Source: the human T2T-CHM13v2.0 reference genome, Homo sapiens. Taken from it: DNA of 64,000 nucleotides. The DNA lies in NCBI RefSeq assembly GCF_009914755.1, contig NC_060932.1, one strand, 5' to 3'. This document shows positions 22,552 to 34,400 of the stretch, in pieces. A program made the position numbers and the translations under genes. The number at the start of each line of letters is the position of its first letter. Position 1 is the first letter of the stretch. The notes beneath the pieces are model-generated. The model searched no databases and had not been told where the DNA came from. It worked only from the letters and a program-made list of their open reading frames with translations.

Positions 22552-25500
22552 CTAACTGTGCTGAACATTTCTATTGATAGAGCAGTTTTGAGACACTCTT
22601 CTTTTGGAATCTGCAAGTGGATATTTGGATAGATTTGAGGATTTCGTTGGAAACGGGATTATATATAAAAAGTAGACAGCAGCATTCTCAGAAACTTCTT
22701 TGTGATGTTTGCATCCAGCTCTCAGAGTTGAACATTCCCTTTCATAGAGTAGGTTTGAAACCCTCTTTTTATAGTGTCTGGAAGCGGGCATTTGGAGCGC
22801 TTTCAGGCCTATGCTTAAAATAGGAAATATCTACCTACAGAAACTAGACAGAAGCATTCTGAGAATCACGTTTGTGATGTGGGTACTCAACTAACAGTGT
22901 TGATCCATTCTTTTGATACAGCAGTTTTGAACCACACTTTTTGTAGAATCTGCAAGAGGATATTTGGATAGCTGTGAGGATTTCGTTGGAAACGGGAATG
23001 TCTTCAAAGAAAATCTAGACAGAAGCATTCTCAGAAACACCTTCGTGATGTTTGCAATCAAGTCACAGAGTTGAACCTTCCGTTTCATAGAGCAGGTTGG
23101 AAACACTCTTATTGTAGTATCTGGAAGTGGACATTTGGAGCGCTTTCAGGCCTATGGTGAAAAAGGAAATATCTTCCCATAAAAACGACATAGAAGCTAT
23201 CTCAGGAACTTGTTTATGATGCATCTAATCAACTAACAGTGTTGAACCTTTGTACTGACAGAGCACTTTGAAACACTCTTTTTTTGGAATCTGCAAGTGG
23301 ATATTTGGATCGCTTTGAGGATTTCGTTGGAAACGGGATGCAATATAAAACGTACACAGCAGCATACTCAGAAAATACTTTGCCATATTTCCATTCAAGT
23401 CACAGAGTGGAACATTCCCATTACTAGAGCAGGTTGGAAACACTCTTTTTGGAGTATCTGGAAGTGGACATTTGGAGCGCTTTCTGAACTATGGTGAAAA
23501 AGGAAATATCTTCCAATGAAAACAAGACAGAAGCATTCTGAGAAACTTATTTGTGATGTGTGTCCTCAACAAACGGACTTGAACCTTTCGTTTCATGCAG
23601 TACTTCTGGAACACTCTTTTTGAAGATTCTGCATGCGGATATTTGGATAGCTTTGAGGATTTCGTTGGAAACGGGCTTACATGTAAAAATTAGACAGCAG
23701 CATTCTCAGAAACTTCTTTGTGGTGTCTGCATTCAAGTCACAGAATTGAACTTCCCCTCACATAGAGCAGTTGTGCAGCACTCTATTTGTAGTATCTGGA
23801 AGTGGACATTTGGAGGGCTTTGTAGCCTATCTGGAAAAAGGAAATATCTTCCCATGAATGCGAGATAGAAGTAATCTCAGAAACATGTTTATGCTGTATC
23901 TACTCAACTAACTGTGCTGAACATTTCTATTGATAGAGCAGTTTTGAGACCCTCTTCTTTTGGAATCTGCAAGTGGATATTTGGATAGATTTGAGGATTT
24001 CGTTGGAAACGGGATTATATATAAAAAGTAGACAGCAGCATTCTCAGAAACTTCTTTGTGATGTTTGCATCCAGCTCTCAGAGTTGAACATTCCCTTTCA
24101 TAGAGTAGGTTTGAAACCCTCTTTTTATAGTGTCTGGAAGCGGGCATTTGGAGCGCTTTCAGGCCTATGCTGAAAAAGGAGACATCTACCTATAGAAACT
24201 AGACAGAAGCATTCCGAGAATCACGTTTGTGATGTGGGTACTCAACTAACAGTGTTGATCCATTCTTTTGATACAGCAGTTTTGAACCACACTTTTTGTA
24301 GAATCTGCAAGAGGATATTTGGATAGCTGTGAGGATTTCGTTGGAAACGGGAATGTCTTCAAAGAAAATCTAGACAGAAGCATTCTCAGAAACACCTTCG
24401 TGATGTTTGCAATCAAGTCACAGAGTTGAACCTTCCGTTTCATAGAGCAGGTTGGAAACACTCTTATTGTAGTATCTGGAAGTGGACATTTGGAGCGCTT
24501 TCAGGCCTATGGTGAAAAAGGAAATATCTTCCCATAAAAACGACATAGAAGCTATCTCAGGAACTTGTTTATGATGCATCTAATCAACTAACAGTGTTGA
24601 ACCTTTGTACTGACAGAGCAGTTTGAAACACTCTTTTTTTGGAATCTGCAAGTGGATATTTGGATCACTTTGAGGATTTCGTTGGAAACGGGATGCAATA
24701 TAAAACGTACACAGCAGCATACTCAGAAAATACTTTGCCATGTTTCCATTCAAGTCACAGAGTGGAACATTCCCATTCATAGAGCAGGTTGGAAACACTC
24801 TTTTTGGAGTATCTGGAAGTGGACATTTGGAGCGCTTTTTGAACTATGGTGAAAAAGGAAATATCTTCCAATGAAAACAAGACAGAAGCATTCTGAGAAA
24901 CTTATTTGTGATGTGTGTCCTCAACAAACGGACTTGAACCTTTCGTTTCATGCAGTACTTCTGGAACACTCTTTTTGAAGATTCTGCATGCGGATATTTG
25001 GATAGCTTTGAGGATTTCGTTGGAAACGGGCTTACATGTAAAAATTAGACAGCAGCATTCTCAGAAACTTCTTTGTGGTGTCTGCATTCAAGTCACAGAA
25101 TTGAACTTCCCCTCACATAGAGCAGTTGTGCAGCACTCTATTTGTAGTATCTGGAAGTGGACATTTGGAGGGCTTTGTAGCATATCTGGAAAAAGGAAAT
25201 ATCTTCCCATGAATGCGAGATAGAAGTAATCTGAGAAACATGTTTATGCTGTATCTACTCAACTAACTGTGCTGAACATTTCTATTGATAGAGCAGTTTT
25301 GAGACACTCTTCTTTTGGAATCTGCAAGTGGATATTTGGATAGATTTGAGGATTTCGTTGGAAACGGGATTATATATAAAAAGTAGACAGCAGCATTCTC
25401 AGAAACTTCTTTGTGATGTTTGCATCCAGCTCTCAGAGTTGAACATTCCCTTTCATAGAGTAGGTTTGAAACCCTCTTTTTATAGTGTCTGGAAGCGGGC

Positions 25501-26618
25501 ATTTGGAGCGCTTTCAGGCCTATGCTTAAAATAGGAAATATCTACCTACAGAAACTAGACAGAAGCATTCTGAGAATCACGTTTGTGATGTGGGTACTCA
25601 ACTAACAGTGTTGATCCATTCTTTTGATACAGCAGTTTTGAACCACACTTTTTGTAGAATCTGCAAGAGGATATTTGGATAGCTGTGAGGATTTCGTTGG
25701 AAACGGGAATGTCTTCAAAGAAAATCTAGACAGAAGCATTCTCAGAAACACCTTCGTGATGTTTGCAATCAAGTCACAGAGTTGAACCTTCCGTTTCATA
25801 GAGCAGGTTGGAAACACTCTTATTGTAGTATCTGGAAGTGGACATTTGGAGCGCTTTCAGGCCTATGGTGAAAAAGGAAATATCTTCCCATAAAAACGAC
25901 ATAGAAGCTATCTCAGGAACTTGTTTATGATGCATCTAATCAACTAACAGTGTTGAACCTTTGTACTGACAGAGCACTTTGAAACACTCTTTTTTTGGAA
26001 TCTGCAAGTGGATATTTGGATCGCTTTGAGGATTTCGTTGGAAACGGGATGCAATATAAAACGTACACAGCAGCATACTCAGAAAATACTTTGCCATATT
26101 TCCATTCAAGTCACAGAGTGGAACATTCCCATTCATAGAGCAGGTTGGAAACACTCTTTTTGGAGTATCTGGAAGTGGACATTTGGAGCGCTTTCTGAAC
26201 TATGGTGAAAAAGGAAATATCTTCCAATGAAAACAAGACAGAAGCATTCTGAGAAACTTATTTGTGATGTGTGTCCTCAACAAACGGACTTGAACCTTTC
26301 GTTTCATGCAGTACTTCTGGAACACTCTTTTTGAAGATTCTGCATGCGGATATTTGGATAGCTTTGAGGATTTCGTTGGAAACGGGCTTACATGTAAAAA
26401 TTAGACAGCAGCATTCTCAGAAACTTCTTTGTGGTGTCTGCATTCAAGTCACAGAATTGAACTTCCCCTCACATAGAGCAGTTGTGCAGCACTCTATTTG
26501 TAGTATCTGGAAGTGGACATTTGGAGGGCTTTGTAGCCTATCTGGAAAAAGGAAATATCTTCCCATGAATGCGAGATAGAAGTAATCTCAGAAACATGTT
26601 TATGCTGTATCTACTCAA
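22552..26618 (+). repeat. Three 8-mer HORs (1356, 1355, 1356 bp); the middle unit is recombinant
   Basis: Anchors at 22552, 23908, 25263 and 26619. Confidence 0.9.
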
Positions 26619-28486
26619 CTAACTGTGCTGAACATTTCTATTGATAGAGCAGTTTTGAGACACTCTTCTTTTGGAATCTGCAAGTGGATATTTGGATAGA
26701 TTTGAGGATTTCGTTGGAAACGGGATTATATATAAAAAGTAGACAGCAGCATTCTCAGAAACTTCTTTGTGATGTTTGCATCCAGCTCTCAGAGTTGAAC
26801 ATTCCCTTTCATAGAGTAGGTTTGAAACCCTCTTTTTATAGTGTCTGGAAGCGGGCATTTGGAGCGCTTTCAGGCCTATGCTGAAAAAGGAAATATCTAC
26901 CTATAGAAACTAGACAGAAGCATTCTGAGAATCACGTTTCTGATGTGGGTACTCAACTAACAGTGTTGATCCATTCTTTTGATACAGCAGTTTTGAACCA
27001 CACTTTTTGTAGAATCTGCAAGTGGATATTTGGATAGCTGTGAGGATTTCGTTGGAAACGGGAATGTCTTCATAGAAAATTTAGACAGAAGCATTCTCAG
27101 AACCTTGATTGTGATGTGTGTTCTCCACTAACAGAGTTGAACCTTTCTTTTGACAGAACTGTTCTGAAACATTCTTTTTATAGAATCTGGAAGTGGATAT
27201 TTGGAAAGCTTTGAGGATTTCGTTGGAAACGGGAATATCTTCAAATCAAATCTAGCCAGAAGCATTCTAAGAAACAGCTTAGGGATGTTTACATTCAAGT
27301 CACAGAGTTGAACATTCCCTTTCACAGAGCAGGTTTGAAACAATCTTCTCGTACTATCTGGCAGTGGACATTTTGAGCTCCTTGGGGCCTATGCTGAAAA
27401 AGGAAATATCTTCCGACAAAAACTAGACAGAAGCATTCGCAGAATCACGTTTGTGATGTGTGCACTCAACTGTCAGAATTGAACCTTGGTTTGGAGATTG
27501 CACTCTTGAAACACTCTTTTTGTAAAATCTGCAGGTGGATATTTGGCTAGCTTTGAGGATTTCGTTGGAAACGGTAATGTCTTCAAAGAAAATCTAGACA
27601 GAAGCATTCTCAGAAACACCTTCGTGATGTTTGCAATCAAGTCACAGAGTTGAACCTTCCGTTTCATAGAGCAGGTTGGAAACACTCTTTTTGTAGTATC
27701 TGGAAGTGGACATTTGGAGTGCTTTCAGGCCTATGGTGAAAAAGGAAATATCTTCCCATAAAAACGACATAGAAGCTATCTCAGGAACTTGTTTATGATG
27801 CATCTAATCAACTAACAGTGTTGAACCTTTGTACTGACAGAGCAGTTTGAAACACTCTTTTTTTGGAATCTGCAAGTGGATATTTGGATCGCTTTGAGGA
27901 TTTCGTTGGAAACGGGATGCAATATAAAACGTACACAGCAGCATACTCAGAAAATACTTTGCCATATTTCCATTCAAGTCACAGAGTGGAACATTCCCAT
28001 TCATAGAGCAGGTTGGAAACACTCTTTTTGGAGTATCTGGAAGTGGACATTTGGAGCGCTTTCTGAACTATGGTGAAAAAGGAAATATCTTCCAATGAAA
28101 ACAAGACAGAAGCATTCTGAGAAACTTATTTGTGATGTGTGTCCTCAACAAACGGACTTGAACCTTTCGTTTCATGCAGTACTTCTGGAACACTCTTTTT
28201 GAAGATTCTGCATGCGGATATTTGGATAGCTTTGAGGATTTCGTTGGAAACGGGCTTACATGTAAAAATTAGACAGCAGCATTCTCAGAAACTTCTTTGT
28301 GGTGTCTGCATTCAAGTCACAGAATTGAACATCCCCTCACATAGAGCAGTTGTGCAGCACTCTATTTGTAGTATCTGGAAGTGGACATTTGGAGGGCTTT
28401 GTAGCCTATCTGGAAAAAGGAAATATCTTCCCATGAATGCGAGATAGAAGTAATCTCAGAAACATGTTTATGCTGTATCTACTCAA
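26619..28486 (+). repeat. Full-length 11-mer HOR (1868 bp), first in this register
   Basis: Anchor spacing is 1868 and the unit contains both optional blocks. Other 11-mers start at 31036, 35454, 37323, 44289, 48706 and 50574. Confidence 0.92.
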
Positions 28487-31400
28487 CTAACTGTGCTGAA
28501 CATTTCTATTGATAGAGCAGTTTTGAGACACTCTTCTTTTGGAATCTGCAAGTGGATATTTGGATAGATTTGAGGATTTCGTTGGAAACGGGATTATATA
28601 TAAAAAGTAGACAGCAGCATTCTCAGAAACTTCTTTGTGATGTTTGCATCCAGCTCTCAGAGTTGAACATTCCCTTTCATAGAGTAGGTTTGAAACCCTC
28701 TTTTTATAGTGTCTGGAAGCGGGCATTTGGAGCGCTTTCAGGCCTATGCTTAAAATAGGAAATATCTACCTACAGAAACTAGACAGAAGCATTCTGAGAA
28801 TCACGTTTGTGATGTGGGTACTCAACTAACAGTGTTGATCCATTCTTTTGATACAGCAGTTTTGAACCACACTTTTTGTAGAATCTGCAAGAGGATATTT
28901 GGATAGCTGTGAGGATTTCGTTGGAAACGGGAATGTCTTCAAAGAAAATCTAGACAGAAGCATTCTCAGAAACACCTTCGTGATGTTTGCAATCAAGTCA
29001 CAGAGTTGAACCTTCCGTTTCATAGAGCAGGTTGGAAACACTCTTATTGTAGTATCTGGAAGTGGACATTTGGAGCGCTTTCAGGCCTATGGTGAAAAAG
29101 GAAATATCTTCCCATAAAAACGACATAGAAGCTATCTCAGGAACTTGTTTATGATGCATCTAATCAACTAACAGTGTTGAACCTTTGTACTGACAGAGCA
29201 CTTTGAAACACTCTTTTTTTGGAATCTGCAAGTGGATATTTGGATCGCTTTGAGGATTTCGTTGGAAACGGGATGCAATATAAAACGTACACAGCAGCAT
29301 ACTCAGAAAATACTTTGCCATATTTCCATTCAAGTCACAGAGTGGAACATTCCCATTCATAGAGCAGGTTTGAAACACTCTTTTTGGAGTATCTGGAAGT
29401 GGACATTTGGAGCGCTTTCTGAACTATGGTGAAAAAGGAAATATCTTCCAATGAAAACAAGACAGAAGCATTCTGAGAAACTTATTTGTGATGTGTGTCC
29501 TCAACAAACGGACTTGAACCTTTCGTTTCATGCAGTACTTCTGGAACACTCTTTTTGAAGATTCTGCATGCGGATATTTGGATAGCTTTGAGGATTTCGT
29601 TGGAAACGGGCTTACATGTAAAAATTAGACAGCAGCATTCTCAGAAACTTCTTTGTGGTGTCTGCATTCAAGTCACAGAATTGAACTTCCCCTCACATAG
29701 AGCAGTTGTGCAGCACTCTATTTGTAGTATCTGGAAGTGGACATTTGGAGGGCTTTGTAGCCTATCTGGAAAAAGGAAATATCTTCCCATGAATGCGAGA
29801 TAGAAGTAATCTCAGAAACATGTTTATGCTGTATCTACTCAACTAACTGTGCTGAACATTTCTATTGATAGAGCAGTTTTGAGACCCTCTTCTTTTGGAA
29901 TCTGCAAGTGGATATTTGGATAGATTTGAGGATTTCGTTGGAAACGGGATTATATATAAAAAGTAGACAGCAGCATTCTCAGAAACTTCTTTGTGATGTT
30001 TGCATCCAGCTCTCAGAGTTGAACATTCCCTTTCATAGAGTAGGTTTGAAACCCTCTTTTTATAGTGTCTGGAAGCGGGCATTTGGAGCGCTTTCAGGCC
30101 TATGCTGAAAAAGGAAATATCTACATATAGAAACTAGACAGAAGCATTCTGAGAATCAAGTTTGTGATGTGGGTACTCAACTAACAGTGTTGATCCATTC
30201 TTTTGATACAGCAGTTTTGAACCACACTTTTTGTAGAATCTGCAAGTGGATATTTGGATAGCTGTGAGGATTTCGTTGGAAACGGGAATGTCTTCATAGA
30301 AAATTTAGACAGAAGCATTCTCAGAACCTTGATTGTGATGTGTGTTCTCCACTAACAGAGTTGAACCTTTCTTTTGACAGAACTGTTCTGAAACATTCTT
30401 TTTATAGAATCTGGAAGTGGATATTTGGAAAGCTTTGAGGATTTCGTTGGAAACGGGAATATCTTCAAATAAAATCTAGCCAGAAGCATTCTAAGAAACA
30501 TCTTAGGGATGTTTACATTCAAGTCACAGAGTTGAACATTCCCTTTCACAGAGCAGGTTTGAAACAATCTTCTCGTACTATCTGGCAGTGGACATTTTGA
30601 GCTCTTTGGGGCCTATGCTGAAAAAGGAAATATCTTCCGACAAAAACTAGTCAGAAGCATTCGCAGAATCACGTTTGTGATGTGTGCACTCAACTGTCAG
30701 AAGTGAACCTTGGTTTGGAGAGAGCACTTTTGAAACACACTTTTTGTAGAATCTGCAGGTGGATATTTGGCTAGCTTTGAGGATTTCGTTGGAAACGGTA
30801 ATGTCTTCAAAGAAAATCTAGACAGAAGCATTCTCAGAAACACCTTCGTGATGTTTGCAATCAAGTCACAGAGTTGAACCTTCCGTTTCATAGAGCAGGT
30901 TGGAAACACACTTTTTGTAGTATCTGGAAGTGGACATTTGGAGGGCTTTGTAGCCTATCTGGAAAAAGGAAATATCTTCCCATGAATGCGAGATAGATGT
31001 AATCTCAGAAACATGTTTATGCTGTATCTACTCAACTAACTGTGCTGAACATTTCTATTGATAGAGCAGTTTTGAGACACTCTTCTTTTGGAATCTGCAA
31101 GTGGATATTTGGATAGATTTGAGGATTTCGTTGGAAACGGGATTATATATAAAAAGTAGACAGCAGCATTCTCAGAAACTTCTTTGTGATGTTTGCATCC
31201 AGCTCTCAGAGTTGAACATTCCCTTTCATAGAGTAGGTTTGAAACCCTCTTTTTATAGTGTCTGGAAGCGGGCATTTTGAGCGCTTTCAGGCCTATGCTT
31301 AAAATAGGAAATATCTACCTATAGAAACTAGACAGAAGCATTCTGAGAATCACGTTTGTGATGTGGGTACTCAACTAACACTGTTGATCCATTCTTTTGA

Positions 31401-34400
31401 TACAGCAGTTTTGAACCACACTTTTTGTAGAATCTGCAAGTGGATATTTGGATAGCTGTGAGGATTTCGTTGGAAACGGGAATGTCTTCTTAGAAAACTT
31501 AGACAGAAGCATTCTCAGAACCTTGATTGTGATGTGTGTTCTCCACTAACAGAGTTGAACCTTTCTTTTGACAGAACTGTTCTGAAACATTCTTTTTATA
31601 GAATCTGAAAGTGGATATTTGGAAAGCTTTGAGGATTTCGTTGGAAACGGGAATATCTTCAAATCAAATCTAGCCAGAAGCATTCTAAGAAACATCTTAG
31701 GGATGTTTACATTCAAGTCACAGAGTTGAACATTCCCTTTCACAGAGCAGGTTTGAAACAATCTTCTCGTACTATCTGGCAGTGGACATTTTGAGCTCCT
31801 TGGGGCCTATGCTGAAAAAGGAAATATCTTCCAACAAAAACTAGACAGAAGCATTCGCAGAATCACGTTTGTGATGTGTGCACTCAACTGTCAGAATTGA
31901 ACCTTGGTTTGGACAGAGCACTTTTGAAACACTCTTTTTGTAGAATCTGCAGGTGGATATTTGGCTAGCTTTGAGGATTTCGTTGGAAACGGTAATGTCT
32001 TCAAAGAAAATCTAGACAGAAGCATTCTCAGAAACACCTTCGTGATGTTTGCAATCAAGTCACAGAGTTGAACCTTCCGTTTCATAGAGCAGGTTGGAAA
32101 CACTCTTTTTGTAGTATCTGGAAGTGGACATTTGGAGTGCTTTCAGGCCTATGGTGAAAAAGGAAATATCTTCCCATAAAAACGACATAGAAGCTATCTC
32201 AGGAACTTGTTTATGATGCATCTAATCAACTAACAGTGTTGAACCTTTGTACTGACAGAGCAGTTTGAAACACTCTTTTTTTGGAATCTGCAAGTGGATA
32301 TTTGGATCGCTTTGAGGATTTCGTTGGAAACGGGATGCAATATAAAACGTACACAGCAGCATACTCAGAAAATACTTTGCCATATTTCCATTCAAGTCAC
32401 AGAGTGGAACATTCCCATTCATAGAGCAGGTTTGAAACACTCTTTTTGGAGTATCTGGAAGTGGACATTTGGAGCGCTTTCTGAACTATGGTGAAAAAGG
32501 AAATATCTTCCAATGAAAACAAGACAGAAGCATTCTGAGAAACTTATTTGTGATGTGTGTCCTCAACAAACGGACTTGAACCTTTCGTTTCATGCAGTAC
32601 TTCTGGAACACTCTTTTTGAAGATTCTGCATGCGGATATTTGGATAGCTTTGAGGATTTCGTTGGAAACGGGCTTACATGTAAAAATTAGACAGCAGCAT
32701 TCTCAGAAACTTCTTTGTGGTGTCTGCATTCAAGTCACAGAATTGAACATCCCCTCACATAGAGCAGTTGTGCAGCACTCTATTTGTAGTATCTGGAAGT
32801 GGACATTTGGAGGGCTTTGTAGCCTATCTGGAAAAAGGAAATATCTTCCCATGAATGCGAGATAGAAGTAATCTCAGAAACATGTTTATGCTGTATCTAC
32901 TCAACTAACTGTGCTGAACATTTCTATTGATAGAGCAGTTTTGAGACACTCTTCTTTTGGAATCTGCAAGTGGATATTTGGATAGATTTGAGGATTTCGT
33001 TGGAAACGGGATTATATATAAAAAGTAGACAGCAGCATTCTCAGAAACTTCTTTGTGATGTTTGCATCCAGCTCTCAGAGTTGAACATTCCCTTTCATAG
33101 AGTAGGTTTGAAACCCTCTTTTTATAGTGTCTGGAAGCGGGCATTTGGAGCGCTTTCAGGCCTATGCTTAAAATAGGAAATATCTACCTACAGAAACTAG
33201 ACAGAAGCATTCTGAGAATCACGTTTGTGATGTGGGTACTCAACTAACAGTGTTGATCCATTCTTTTGATACAGCAGTTTTGAACCACACTTTTTGTAGA
33301 ATCTGCAAGAGGATATTTGGATAGCTGTGAGGATTTCGTTGGAAACGGGAATGTCTTCAAAGAAAATCTAGACAGAAGCATTCTCAGAAACACCTTCGTG
33401 ATGTTTGCAATCAAGTCACAGAGTTGAACCTTCCGTTTCATAGAGCAGGTTGGAAACACTCTTATTGTAGTATCTGGAAGTGGACATTTGGAGCGCTTTC
33501 AGGCCTATGGTGAAAAAGGAAATATCTTCCCATAAAAACGACATAGAAGCTATCTCAGGAACTTGTTTATGATGCATCTAATCAACTAACAGTGTTGAAC
33601 CTTTGTACTGACAGAGCACTTTGAAACACTCTTTTTTTGGAATCTGCAAGTGGATATTTGGATCGCTTTGAGGATTTCGTTGGAAACGGGATGCAATATA
33701 AAACGTACACAGCAGCATACTCAGAAAATACTTTGCCATATTTCCATTCAAGTCACAGAGTGGAACATTCCCATTCATAGAGCAGGTTTGAAACACTCTT
33801 TTTGGAGTATCTGGAAGTGGACATTTGGAGCGCTTTCTGAACTATGGTGAAAAAGGAAATATCTTCCAATGAAAACAAGACAGAAGCATTCTGAGAAACT
33901 TATTTGTGATGTGTGTCCTCAACAAACGGACTTGAACCTTTCGTTTCATGCAGTACTTCTGGAACACTCTTTTTGAAGATTCTGCATGCGGATATTTGGA
34001 TAGCTTTGAGGATTTCGTTGGAAACGGGCTTACATGTAAAAATTAGACAGCAGCATTCTCAGAAACTTCTTTGTGGTGTCTGCATTCAAGTCACAGAATT
34101 GAACTTCCCCTCACATAGAGCAGTTGTGCAGCACTCTATTTGTAGTATCTGGAAGTGGACATTTGGAGGGCTTTGTAGCCTATCTGGAAAAAGGAAATAT
34201 CTTCCCATGAATGCGAGATAGAAGTAATCTCAGAAACATGTTTATGCTGTATCTACTCAACTAACTGTGCTGAACATTTCTATTGATAGAGCAGTTTTGA
34301 GACCCTCTTCTTTTGGAATCTGCAAGTGGATATTTGGATAGATTTGAGGATTTCGTTGGAAACGGGATTATATATAAAAAGTAGACAGCAGCATTCTCAG

